DNA of 64,000 nucleotides from Squalus acanthias (Eukaryota): positions 33,358,001 to 33,422,000 of the forward strand of contig CM059432.1 in NCBI GenBank assembly GCA_030390025.1, read 5' to 3'. This document shows positions 49,472-62,330 of this stretch, in pieces (position 1 is the first letter of the stretch; the number at the start of each line of letters is the position of its first letter). The translations under genes and the position numbers were made by a program. A model generated the notes under the pieces. That model ran no database searches and was not told the origin of the DNA. It was given only the letters and a program-made list of their open reading frames with translations.

Positions 49472-51127
49472 AGAGTCTAATGAGAGGGAAGAACTGAATG
49501 AAATCAGTATTTGTAGCGAAATGGTGTTAGGGAAATTGACAGGATTGAAGGCCGATAAATCCCCAGGGCCTGATAATCTACATCCGAGGGTACTTAAGGA
49601 AGTGGCCCTAGAAATAGTAGATGCATTGCTGGTCATCTTCCAAAATTCTATAGACTCTGGAACAGTTCCCATGGATTGGAGGGTAGCTAATGTAACCTCA
49701 CTATTTAAAAAAGGTGGTAGAGAGAAAACGGGGAATTATAGACATCAGTAGTGGGGAAAATGCTAGAGTCCATTATAAAAGATGTAATAGCAAAGCACTT
49801 GGAAAACAGTGAAAGGATCAGACAAAGTCAACATGGATTTACAAAAGGTAAATCATGCTGGACTAATCTACTGGAATTTTTTGAGGATGTAACTGGTAGA
49901 ATAGATAAGGGAGAACCAGTGGATGTGGTGTATTTGGACTTTCAGAAGGTTTTCGATAAGGTCCCGCATAAGAGATTAGCGTGCAAAGTTAAAGCACACG
50001 GGATTGGGGGTAAGGTACTGACTTGGATAGAGAACTGGTTGGCAGACAGGAAGCAAAGAGTTGGAATAAATGGGTCTTTTTCCGAGTGGCAGGCAGTGAC
50101 TAGTGGGGTACCGCAGGGATCGGTGCTAGGACCCCAGCTATTCACAAGAAATATTAATTATCTATACGAGGCAACTAGATGTAATATCTCCAAGTTTGCA
50201 GACGACACAAAGCTGGGTGGGCGTGTGTGCTGTGAGGAGGATGCAGAGAAACTCCAGTATGATTTGGACAGGTTGGGTGATTAGGCAGATGCATGGCAGA
50301 TGCAGTATAATGTGGATAAATGCGAGGTTATCCACTTTGGTGGCAAAAACAGGAAGGTAGATTATTATCTGAACGGCAATAGATTGGGAAAAGGGGAAGT
50401 GCAACGAGACCTGGGTGTCCTTGTGCACCAGTCGCTGAAGGTAAGCATGCAGGTGCAGCAGGCGGTTAAGAAGGCAAATGGTATGTTGGCCTTCATAGCG
50501 AGAGGATTCGAGTACAGGAGCAAGGATGTCTTGCTGCAGTTGTACAGGGCCTTGGTGAGACCACACTTGAGTATTGTGTGCAGTTTTGGTTGCCTTATCT
50601 GAGGAAGGATGTTCTTGCCATGGAGGGAGTGCAGCGAAGATTCACCAGACTGATACCTGGGATGGCAGGAATGGCGTATGAAGAGAGATTGGGTCGATTG
50701 GGCTTGTATTCGCTAGAGTTTAGAAGAATGAGAGGGGATCTCACTGAAACTTATAAAATTCTAACAGGACTAGACAGACTAGATGCAGGAAGGATGTTCC
50801 CGATGGCGGGGGAGTCCAGAACCAGGGTCACAGTCTAAGGATAAGGGGTAAGCCATTTAGGACTGAGATGAGGAGGAATTTCTTCACCCAGAGAGTGGTG
50901 AACCTATGGAATTCTCTACCACAGAAGACAGTTGAGTCCAATTCATTAAATATATTCCAGAAGGAGTTAGATATATTTCTTAAGGCTAAGGGGATCAAGG
51001 GATATGGGGAGAAAGCAGGGACAGGGTACTGAATTTGGATGATCAGCCATGATCGCATTGAATGGCGGAGCAGGCTTGAGGGGCCGAATGGCCTACTCCT
51101 GCTCCTATCTTCTATGTTTCTATGTTA
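49472..51127 (+). mobile_element. CR1 LINE RT region of another subfamily with intact 3' tail
   Basis: KSPGPDNLHPRVLKE, YLDFQKVFDKVPH, GVPQGSVLGP, KFADDTKL; tail ctatgtttctatgtt. Confidence 0.95.
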
Positions 51128-51144
51128 CTGATACAAAAGTCTAT

Positions 51145-52655
51145 GGGCTAGAAATTCATTATAGCCCAGGAATGGGTGGTATCATTAGAGAAGTTTGAGA
51201 ATTCGCTCCAGGCGCTAATGCTTTAGATTGCACGCAAAATTCATTCTCACTGCTCAAAGAAATGAATGGGCACTAAATCAAGTCTTAAAGGCCTAGCTCA
51301 GTGGCGTTACACTCAAAGGGTGGACCAATATCAGGTGCAGTCTAATCTCAACTCATCATTGCCACAGACTTTTCCCAATACTTAAAGAGGAGGTTCATTG
51401 ATACTGCAGCACCTCATTCTCAGCATTGCTGGCTGTGCAGTTGCCTCAGCAAGGAGAAGCACAACAAGGAGAAGGAGCCGGAGGACTGAAGCAGGTGTGC
51501 TCATGGCAGATCCACCTCAGTCGGGTGGTCAGGGTGATTGAATGCTTCAACAAATGCTACATACCACCATCTGTACCACAAGCTTCACACACTGCCCAAA
51601 GCACCACACCCCCAGCACTCACCCACCAACAATCTCTACCTACCAACACTCACACCCACATCTTACGCCTTGCACACAATGACAGCTATTCAACTATGGC
51701 AGGCACAAGGTTCATTAGTTATTAGAATGATTGTGATATGTGTGATGTTTATGCATAAATTTATTAATGGAGTTTGCAATATTTTGTGGTCTCTCTCATT
51801 TCACCTTTGTGCCCAGGAGGATGCTGTGATATGGCATGACACAGGGATGGCATGATGAGTATGTGGTGAGCAAAAAGGATCTGGGGTTTAAGTCATCCTG
51901 CTGTGAGGCTGGAGGTCTGTTTGGAGGAGGTGGCAGAGTTCTGTGACCACCACCTTGGTGATGTGGAGCCATCTAATGCACTGCTCCTTGCTTAATTGAA
52001 GGTAGGAGAATTGCTGTCGGAATACCCTCGGAGGGTAAGGCCTCCTGGTGAGAGGCCTGATGTCCCTCCTCATCCTTCTACGTACATGTTCCCGTATTTC
52101 TAGCTGTCTACGCTCCCTCCACCGGAGGTCCTGGAGGGCGAAGTGGCATGCCAGTACAGCCCCCATTAATGTTGCCAAGTATAGCAGTTTGAATCTTTGA
52201 ACAATAAATGTAGGGACTTTGCACTTGCCAGAAGACTGCTGATAAAAAAGAACCTTGAAATTACTCATCCAAAGTGATCCACTAGCTGAAACTGACAAGA
52301 AACCACTGAAACTAACCTGCCCTGACAGCTGCGAGTGATTAATGCGGATTCCTTTAAATAACGTCCCTGGAACTGTGCGCCTCCTCTCCCTGTCGCTGTT
52401 TGGTCGAGGTGCAAAGGTAAGTGTCAAAAATCAATTTTGCAGATCGGGTGCCCAGTGAGCGTTGCATGCTCACTGACGTCACGATCTGCCTGGCGTTGAA
52501 GTCCCCGGTGGTACTTCGTACTGAAAGCACAATGGGGGGTCCGGATTTGCCGAGCGCCGCTGGATTCACTTCGCCCTGGCGTTACTGCATCAGCAGCCCA
52601 TTACTGCCCTCTGCAGGTGCTAACGAGAGGCGCTAACCAACTGAATTTTTCCCCC
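51145..52655 (-). mobile_element. PIF/Harbinger DNA transposon, internally deleted, retaining the transposase N-terminus
   Basis: TAT TSD on both sides; TIRs gggctagaaattca / tgaatttttccccc; ORF 51888-52427 contains RRPYPPRVFRQQFSYLQLSKEQCIRWLHITKVVVTELCHLLQTDLQP, like the N-terminal region of HARBI1-type transposases. Confidence 0.85.
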
Positions 52656-53342
52656 TATAGATTTGTGACTAAAGCACCAATAACTTCCCAATTAATGTAC
52701 TTTTTTAATGATGTTCTTGATCGTATTTGTAGATGGTATCATATTGCTTAATGATATTATTTAAATATTTCTTTGTCACTCATATATAACTTCTATTATA
52801 TTATTGTACAGTAAAGATTCAACACCCACCATGTTAGATCCTTTAAGGATCCCAGTTTAAAACGCGTTATGAATGACCATCAGTCATTTAAAAAAAAGTT
52901 TCTTAATTTTAATTTTTATTAAAATGGACAAATTTCACACTGCACAAAATTAAAATTAATTTTCCAGGCCCTTAATATTTATTTAGCAGTAATAACACTG
53001 TCAAAACCTCAGTTACACCAAATCCTTTTGGGTCTAACATTTTAGTGGGGAAATTAACAGTGTATTTACTGCGGAAGAGCTGAAGTTTTCGTCAGTTTCA
53101 ATGATTTGGCTGATTACACAGATTGCTGGCTTTGTCAGGGGGTGGGGGGGGGGGGGGGGGTTAGTGGGGGGGAGGGGGTGGAGGGAACCGGGCACAGCGC
53201 AGCCTGTTTTGGAGCTGTCAGTGACTGACGGCAACTTCAGGATTTCCGTATGCGCCAAATCCCAAAGTTGTGGTCAGTTTCAAAGGCGGAATGATGGCGA
53301 ATGCTGCCAGTTTGCCGTTATCCCGACTACAAATTACGGGCC

Positions 53343-53617
53343 AATCTGTTTTAGGTGTTGGTTCAGGGATAAATACTGGCCAGGACACCAGGGATAACTC
53401 ACCTGCTCTTCTTCGAAATAGTGCCGTGGAGTCTTTTACTTCCACCTGTGAGGTCAAACATCTCATCCGAAAGACAGCACCTCCAACAGTACAGCACTCC
53501 CTCAGTACTGCACTGGACTGTCAGCCTAGATTATGTGCTCAAGTCTCTGGAGTGGGACTTGAACCCACAACTTTCTGACTCAAACGCGAGAGTGCTACCA
53601 CTGAGCCACAGCTGACA
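53343..53617 (-). mobile_element. SINE family A 5' half
   Basis: tRNA head and body. Confidence 0.88.
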
Positions 53618-53629
53618 CGGACAAGTACA

Positions 53630-54013
53630 CAAGATAGATATGGTAAGAAAAGCCATTCGGCCCATCCTAGCTTATCCATCTAGAAAGAACCTTCAGTCTC
53701 CACATGATGCCATCCAACCATTTTTTTAAATGAGTTTAAAGTTTTTGCTCTAATACCCTACCAGATTTCATCATGCTTTCTAACATTAGTCATAAATTGG
53801 AATATTACTAGTTTGAAGCTGTGCCTCCTTGTTTTAATGTTATGGCTTAACCTGAAGTAATATTCTAGCTTTATCTCATCCATGTTATTTAATATCTTAT
53901 ATACTTCAATTAAATCCCCTCTCAATTGCCTCATTCCAAGGCTGAATAGCTCAAATTTCTCCAGTCTTTTCTCATGAATCAATCCTCCAGGCCTTTCTCT
54001 GCACTGACTCCAA
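53630..54013 (-). mobile_element. Old CR1 3' fragment (continues briefly after 54809)
   Basis: HEKRLEKFELFSLGMRQLRGDLIEVYKILN. Confidence 0.8.
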
Positions 54014-54806
54014 GGGGGTGATTTTGCCAGCCCTGGGGAGGCGGGACTGCCGGGAAAATGGTAGAATCTGGTGACGGGTACCCATCCCGCCCCCAACTCG
54101 CCTCCGTGCCATCTTCCCAGGAGGCGGGTAGCTGACCCGTGCCGGGTCCCCGTCTCCTGGAGGCGGGAAGTGGATTACAGCCACTTAACTGCCTGTTAAC
54201 AGGCAGTTAAGAGGATTATCCCCATTTTTCCAACAGAAGTGCGGACTTCCTGATGTCGGGAAACCCCGCCAGGGTCACCGAGGTGAGCAGTGGGTCTGTG
54301 GGGGTCGGAGGGGTGCAAAAGTGCACTGTGGAGGTAAGTGATGGGTGCAAGTGTGGAGAGGTGAGTATGTGAGGTGAGTGAAAAGTGATAGAAAATGTTT
54401 ACTTACCTTTGTTTCTTCCTGCAGGCTTCAACAGTTGGGGATGCAGAGACTCTCGCATCTCACCGGCAGAGATGACAGATGGCTGCTGCATTCTCCGATG
54501 CAACAGCCATCTGCTTACTGCTCACAAGAGGTTTGATGAGTCTTGAATACAAGGACTCTTCAAACAACAGAAAATGTCAGTGTTTGACAGCTTCACAATT
54601 CAAAAATTTTTGACAGATGAAACATCATACGCTGACATTCTCTGTAACCAGCTTCCCCTTAATTGGCCTGCTAGCCTGCTAGGCGGGCTTAACAAGGTCA
54701 ATCAAGGGAAAATAGCGTGGGTTGGCCACAAGTCGATGGAGGCGGGACTAAAACCAGACAAGCAGCAGTCCCGCCTCCAACGTGACCCCTTGGCAAAATC
54801 ACCCCC
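54014..54806. mobile_element. Harbinger-like MITE
   Basis: Perfect 16-bp TIR gggggtgattttgcca / tggcaaaatcaccccc; CAA TSD; interrupts CR1. Confidence 0.92.
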
Positions 54807-54919
54807 CAAATCTCCAGATCTGCTCAAGCTCACAGTTATGGTATGTATTGGCTCTGTTCTATTTTAAGTAAAATATGAAGAAAGAACTTGCATTTATATA
54901 GCACCTTTCATGTCCTCCT

Positions 54920-56645
54920 TGTAGAGTTTCGCAATTTTCGCGATTCTAATAATATGAGAGAAGCAGGTTCAATTGAACATTTTTATTGAACGGAAAGCTG
55001 CTTTTAAAATAAAGGGTACAGAAGCCTGTAAAATGGCCGCCGAGCATCGTGGCAGAAGTTTCCAGAGACACAGTGGGCAGACAAGATGGCGTTGAATATA
55101 CATTCATTATGAGACCATACCCGGTACGAATTGAAAAGGCAGGATGCAACCCATTTGCATTTTGGACAAAAACAATGATATAAGTGCTTGAATCGTTTCA
55201 TACGCACAGTAAGAATCATTGAACTGGACAATCGGGGGCCCATCCAGACACATCAATACACAAATACCCCCCCCCAGCTCAACAATGAGAGAGACATTGG
55301 CGGGTGATTGGGCCAGTTTTCAGGGGGTCCCAAAACCAGTTGAGGAGACGATTTATACACATCCTGGCTGGCTCAACAATGAAGAAGGCATTAACGGATA
55401 GTTGGCCAGTTTCAGGTGATCCCGAAACCAGTTAAGAAGATAATTACCCCATGCTGGGATTTTGGGCGCCAAAATCAAACAAAGGACAACACTTTGATTT
55501 GAGCGGGAGATAAGGCCGGCAAAACAGTATAACTATAGAGGACAAATGTTCCTCAAGAGATGAGTGAGTTTTGGAACGGTTACAGTGAAGGTTAAGTTAC
55601 AGATGAGTTACGGAGATTGGAAGAGTTGCGGAGTGCAAGTCTCTTGTTCCTTCCGCGGTGCTGTGCTGGTCAGTTGTTCGAGTGTTGGGTGGAGTTCGGG
55701 TTCGAGTTCGTTGTTCGTGGTCCGTGTCGGCCAGAAACAGAATCTCAGAACGAGTCACCTCGACACGGCAGGCAGTAGGGTACACCATCCCGATCGTCGG
55801 TAAACGGTGTCTGGACCCATCAGGGCAACGCAGCGGCGTGTTCCCGAGCGACCAGCCGTCGGTGGCGAGGAAGAAGGGAATCTTGGCCAAGCGAGGCCCG
55901 AGTGACGAGAAGAAAGACGAGAAGAAATTCCACGTGGCGCTACGGTCAGTAAAACCCCGACCGCGCCCGAAGATAAACGGCGGAGTCCACCTCTTTGAAT
56001 TCTACCGAAGACTTCATGACATCAGGGAGACAGGCTTACCCTCTGGTTCTTTGAGCGGATAGCCTGGGTCATCCGCGACGGATATTCATCGGGGCTGTCT
56101 CAAGTGGATCCATCGCGGCAGCGAGTGTAAACAAGTCGGGCGCAGAAACCCTTACAGCCACGTGACAGCCACGCGCTGCAGCGAAAAGCTGAGAGCCTCA
56201 TTTTAAATTCCGAAGTAAGCCGAGCGGTGAGCATACTTCCGATCCTACAAATCCAGACATAGTTTAGGTATTCTAAGGGAGGGTGGTTCCTAGGGTTAAT
56301 GTGTAATGTGTTCCCCCTTTTACGATGTGTCGTGTGTTCCCCATTTGTATAGACCAAGTTTTATAGACGTGTGTATACTTGTAATTTCTTTGATCTGCGC
56401 ATATGACATGTATTTCATTATTTTGGACACCGTACAATAAAGGCATTCATTTCGTGCTATTCAACCAGGTCTATTTGAGTCTTTCTCTGCATTACTGCTC
56501 CTTTGCATCTAAGTCCAGGTGTCAGAACCGTAAGGGCGAGTGGGTCGAACCACTCACAGGTGATTATTGCAAAAGTCTGGCCGGAGACCAGAGCAAGCAA
56601 TAGCACAGGCAACGAAAGCCTCACCTCGCACGAGCCCCCCTTACA
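54920..56645 (+). mobile_element. Solo LTR (1726 bp) of an LTR retroelement/ERV
   Basis: TGTA...TACA termini, TCCT 4-bp TSD, inserted into a family A SINE that resumes in register; TATA-like at about 55528, AATAAA at 56436; strand inferred from those motifs. Confidence 0.85.
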
Positions 56646-56998
56646 TCCTGATGTCCTAAATTGCTTAAAAGCCAATGAATTACTTTTGAAGTGTGATCAC
56701 TGTTGTTTTATAGGCAAATATGGCAGCCAATTTGTGCACAAAGAGAAATTAGATGAATGACCATAATCTTTTATTGTTGGTTTTGATTGAGGATTTAATG
56801 TCAGCCAAGGCACAAGAGGAACACCTCTACTCTGAGCAGGCAGATGGGCCTCAGTTTAACATCTCATCTGGCAGGCAGTACTCCTTCAGTACTGCACTGA
56901 AGTGTCAGCCTGGATCATGTGCTCAAGTCTATAGTGGGGCTTGAACTTCAAAATCTTCTGAGTAAGAGGTGAGATGTTACCACTGAGCCAAGGGTAAA
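56646..56998 (-). mobile_element. SINE family A (its tail lies at 54878-54919, on the other side of the LTR)
   Basis: Deu block and tRNA head. Confidence 0.8.
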
Positions 56999-58754
56999 CG
57001 TGGCACTCTTTTCCTCCCAGCATTAAGCCACACTCAAAGGGAATGCCATTGGATGTTCTCTGACCCACACTCCCTTCAAGCATGGCTCAACACTAGGAGC
57101 ATTGAATTTACCTGACAGTTATTGTCCAAGTTTTCGTCCATCCTCTCCTAGTCTGTATGGCTTGGTTCTGTTAGGAATGTAAATTTTGTAATACTATATT
57201 GCCTATCTGCCAAGGATAAATTCTTGGACACGGAGTCAAACACTTGCCATTTATTAAAAGGTAAATGTTGCATATTCACGGCCAACACTGAGATTACAAA
57301 GGATGCTTTATTGCAGAAGATACTCGCATTGCAGTCGGTTGAGCTCAACCCTCCAGATGTCTCCCTTTTTCATCTCCCAACCTCACATTACAATGGTCTT
57401 GCTTTTAAGCTCAGCTAAAAGGCCATTACATCACCTCCTCTATGACCTTCACTCTTGGTTTTACATTAGGTATTATTAGCTCAACATACCAAGAACTCAA
57501 AAAGGCTCCACAGCACGATCTCAGGACGTAATATAAACTGCCATATCTATTTACTTGTACAGGAAAGAATAAACACATAGATGTATCCATGAGAGGATCA
57601 GAACTATCCAAGACTATTTTATATAGTGACAGTTACAGCCTTACAGATTTGTTGACATTCTACAGATATTGCCTGTCAGCTAGACCTGCAGGTTTTTAAT
57701 TCTAAGGTTTTAACTACAGATAAAATAAAATTAAAGAAATATGTGATTTGTTTGCATGAAATGAAGTTCTTAACTATTTCTCCATCTTAAGCCCTAACAG
57801 TTCCATGCCAGCAAGTCCATTTACCTGCTGAGCTGGGGAAAGAGTGGTAAAACACAAGGGTTAAAGAGAGAACTTCACCAACAAGACTCCTTTTACAGTT
57901 TACATTGTACTATCAGGACCTTGTGGTTTGTAAACACAAATTGTTAGAGAGTTGGGATTAACTTACTTCCTTCGATTTATTGAATGAGATTTTTGCTTGT
58001 TTTTCTGATATGTTTTTTCTTTAAAGAGGAAGTATTGATGAGGTCATCAAGAGAACTTGCTTCTGGAAGCTAGTTAATATTATTGAATAATATTACCATA
58101 TAACACGTGGTTCATTCAATCTAGAGTGCTGTTATCACCAATGCAATATCTTTTCAATGGAAATGTAGGAGGGGGAAATACTATTATGGGGCATCTGGCT
58201 GGTCCACAATACCTCTCATAGCCTATATCAAATTTTTATTCAAGTATTTATCCAATCCTCTCTTGAATTGCTGGTTCAATACATCCATCACAATTACATT
58301 AGGTCAACAGAGCTCCACAGAAAGCTGCATTTTTCTCTTCACTATTAAATTGATAGCCAATCTTTGACAGTGGCAAAGAAGTCTGTGATTGAATGCAACG
58401 ACTCCGGCCATTTAATAAATTAACATTTTAGACATCTCATTGTGCTTTTCTTAGCAACTCACACCTTGCTGAGCCCAGTGCAACCAACCTGTCTGGCCTC
58501 TGAGTTGATGGCTATGAGAAATATTATGCGGCCTTGGGTTTTAACACTTTACATGTTGTTTCTAGCAATGTAAAATATAAGTTAAAAACTCAACACAGAC
58601 AAAATCAATTTTTTGTCCAGGTTATTTCAGTATTCCAACCGTAAGGCACAATCAGCCAATAGCTTGAATGCTATCCTACTTTATGTTTTTATGCAATCTA
58701 TTTTTTATGTCACACACTATACCTCCAATAAGAGCTGAATCCATTGTTAATAAT

Positions 58755-59058
58755 GCTCACATTTATATAGTGCCTTATAACATCAAACCATCTCACAGTG
58801 CTTCACACAATGAATTAATTTGAAGTACAGTGCCTGCTATTATGTAGGTGAATACAGCAGCCATTTTGCACAGTAAGATTCCACAATCTGCAATGAGATG
58901 AATGACCAGGCAATCTGTTTTTGTGGTGATTTTAGTTGAGCAGGACTGTTGGTAAGGACATCGGTTGAACTACCAGTTTTTCTTCAGATAGTGCCACGGG
59001 ATTTTTAATATCCTCCCTGAATTAGTGGAGCAGATATATGGGACCATGGTTTAATATT
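58755..59058 (-). mobile_element. Degenerate SINE family A
   Basis: Decayed Deu block. Confidence 0.65.
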
Positions 59059-59066
59059 TGTTCATA

Positions 59067-62000
59067 ACAACAACAACAACAACAACTTGTATTTATATAG
59101 CACCTTTAATGTAGGAAAACATCCCAAGGCACTTCACAGGAAGATAACAAATTTGACTCCGAGCCACATAAGGAGAAATTAAGGCAGGTGACCAAAAGCT
59201 TGGTCAAAGAGGTAGGTTTTAAGGAGCGTCTTAAAGGAAGAAAGAGCGGTGGAGAGGCGGAGAGGTATAGGCAGGGAATTTGAGAGCTTAGGACCTAGGC
59301 ATCAGAAGGCACGGCCGCCGATGGTTGAGTGATTATAATCAGGGATGCTCAAGAGGGCAGAATTAGAGAAGCGCAGATATCTCGGGAGGTTGTGGGGTTG
59401 AAGGAGATTACAGAGATAGGGAGGGGCAAGGCCATGGAGGGATTTGAATACAAGTATGAGAATTTTGAAATTGACGCGTTGCTTAACCGGGAGCCAATGT
59501 AGGTCAGCGAGCACAGGGGTGATGGGTGAACGGGACTTGGTGCGAGTTAGAACATGGGCAGCCGAGTTTTGGATCACCTCAAGTTAACGTAGGGTAGAAT
59601 GGGGGAGGCCAGCCAGGAGGAATTGTCAAGTCTAGAGGTAACAAAGGCATGGATGAGGGTTTCGGCAGCGGATGAGCAGAGGCAAGGGCGGAGACAGGCG
59701 ATGTTACGGAGGTGGAAGTAGGTGGTCTCAGTTATGCTGCGGATATGTCGTCGGAAGCTCATTTCAGGGTCAAATATGACACCAAGGTTGCGAACAGTGT
59801 GGTTCAGCCTCAGACAGATGTTAGGAGAGGGATGGAGTCAGTGGCTAGGGAACGGAGTTTGTGGTGGGGACCGAAAACAATAGCTTTGGTCTCCCCAATA
59901 TTTAATTGGAGAAAATTTCTGCTCATCCAGAACTGATGTCGAACAAGCAGTCTGACAATTTAGAGACCGTGGAGGGGTCGAGAGAAGTGGTAGTGAGGTA
60001 GAGCTGGGTATCGTCAGCATACATGTTGAAACTGACGCTGTGTTTTAGGATGATGTCGTCAAGGGGCAACATGAGATGAGAAATAGGAGGGGGGCCAAGG
60101 ATAGATCCTTGGGGGACACCAGAGGTAACGATGCGGGAGTGGGAAGAGAAGCCGTTGCAGGTGATTCTCTGGCTACGATAAGATAGATATGAATGGAACC
60201 AGGCAAGTGCAGTCCCACCCAGCTGGATGACGGTGGACAGGCGTTGGAGAAGGATGAAGTGGTCAACCGTGTCAAAGGCTGAAGACAAGTCAAGAAGAAT
60301 GAGGAGGGATAGTTTACCTTTGCCACAATCACAAAGGATGTCATTTGTGACTTTGATGAGAGCCGTTTCGGTACTGTGGCAAGGGTGGAAACCTGATTGG
60401 AGGGATTCAAACATGGAATTGCAGGAAAGATGGGCGCGGATTTGGGAGGCGACAACACGTTCAAGGAGTTTGGAGAGGAAAGGGAGGTTGGAGATGGGGC
60501 GGTAGTTTGCAAGGACGGAGGGGGTCAAGGGTTGTTTTTTTGAGGAGAGGGGTAATGACGGCAGATTTGAGGGAGAGGGGGACAGTACCTGAGGAGAGAG
60601 AACCATTAACAATGTCAGCTAACATGGGAGCCAGAAAAAGAAGTTGGGTGGTCAGCAGTTTGGTGGGAATCGAGTCGAGGGAGCAGGAAGTGGGTCTCAT
60701 GGACAAGATGAGCGCGGAGAGGTCATGAGGGGAGATTGGAGAGAAACTGAGAAAGATGTGAATTCAGGGCTAGGGCAGGGGGAAACCTTAGAGGAAGTTT
60801 GGCCCTGTGGGCTAGGGGAAGGAAGGGCAGTGACAAAGGCAGCTGAACAGATGGTCTCAATCTTAGAGACAAAGAAGTTCATGAGCTCCTCACACTTGTC
60901 GGAGGTGAGGGTGGAGACAGGGGGAGAGGTGTTTATGAAGACGGTTAGTAGTGGAGAATAGAAGATGGATTTATTTTTGCATTCCAGAATGATTCTGGAA
61001 TAGTGAGCAATTTTGGCAGACGAGAGCAGGACCCAATAATGCTTTATGTGGTCCAGCCAGATCTGGCCGGTGAATGGCTAAACCAGTTGTCCACCATATC
61101 TGTTCAAGTCTGCGTCGCTTGGACTTAAGGGAGCAAAGATGAGGGCTGTACCAGGGGGATTGGTCAGGATGAGAGAGAGTAATTGTTTTAATAGGGACTA
61201 GGGCATCAAAGGCGGTGGTGAGGGTATGGTTGAGCAGATCGGCAGCTGCAGAAATGTCATGGTGAATGGAGGGCCAAAGGCTGGACATTTGGGATTTCAT
61301 AAGTGCAGTTCTAAGAGAGTTGGGAGAGAGTTTTTTCCAGGGGCGGACACAGAAGGAGGTAGGGTTGGTGGGATGTGGGTGGAGAGCGATACGAGGAAGT
61401 GGTCAGAGATGGCCTTATCTGCGATTGACACGATGAGAGTAGCGAGGCCACGAGAGATGGCAAGGTCGAGGGAGTGGCCGTGAATATGGGTTGGGGAGTT
61501 TACATGGAGGGAGAGATTAAGGGAGGATAGGAGACTAGTGAACGCAGAGGAGAGAGAGCATGATGAATTGAGATGGAGGTTGAAAGCACCGAGGATGTGA
61601 AGTTGTTCGGTGCAGAGGCTGAGGGAGGAAAGCGGTGAAGATATTTCGGTAATAACATTTTAATGGTACTTGGGTGGGCGGTAGAGAATGAGAATTTTAA
61701 ATGAGAGGTGAGAGGGGTGGAATAAGGTGAGATGCTCAAAGGAGGAGAAAGTGCCAAAGGAGCAGGGGACAGACCAAGGTGTGATTTGGTGATGAGAGCC
61801 ACACCGCCAGCACGGCAGTCTGAGCGGGTCAAGTGGTGGAAGGTATAGCCAGGAGGGGAGGCTTCATTTAAGGGTAAGGTGTCATCACCCCTCAACCAAG
61901 TTTCCGTCAGGGCCATGATGTCGATGCAATCATCCACGATTAGTTCGTGGATGGCAAGGGCCTTGTTCGCAAGTGAATGGACATTCTGGAGGGGGATGCG

Positions 62001-62330
62001 GAGAGGGTCGGTGATGGCTGCCCCACTGCCAGCGTCCACAGGGTCAGCGTTGGATGGGGAGGAGATTGGCAAGATTTGCCACCATTGGGCGCGCTGGGTG
62101 GGAAGGTCGGCGAGAGAGTCGGATGGGACAGTTGGGGTTGCTGCTCGTAAGGAGTCAGTGAAGAGAGCCTCGATGGGCCCTTTGTAGGATGCCAAAAGAG
62201 GCACAGAGAGAAGCTGTAGGCTTATCTAAGATCGAGTCAAGCCTGGGACGTTGGCCGGAGAGTAGGAAGGTGGAAGAGTAATGAAGGATTGGGGTAGGGA
62301 TTTGGGAGGGAAGAGTATCCGAGAGAGGAG
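59067..62330 (-). mobile_element. Long L2 LINE ORF2 (APE + RT), frameshifted
   Basis: LQNVHSLANK, DIMALTETWL, GGVALI (EN); NYRPISNLPFLSK, LLDLSSAFDTVDH, GVPQGSILGP, YADDTQLY (RT); LHWLPV; (caa)n tail. Confidence 0.95.

Noticed and set aside
52830..53342. Another possible non-autonomous DNA element
   Set aside because: GC-rich end resembles MITE ends, but I could not define a matching TIR or TSD
55658..56062. 134-aa basic ORF inside the LTR as a viral accessory gene
   Set aside because: Non-ATG start, no recognisable motif, and long ORFs are expected in GC-rich sequence
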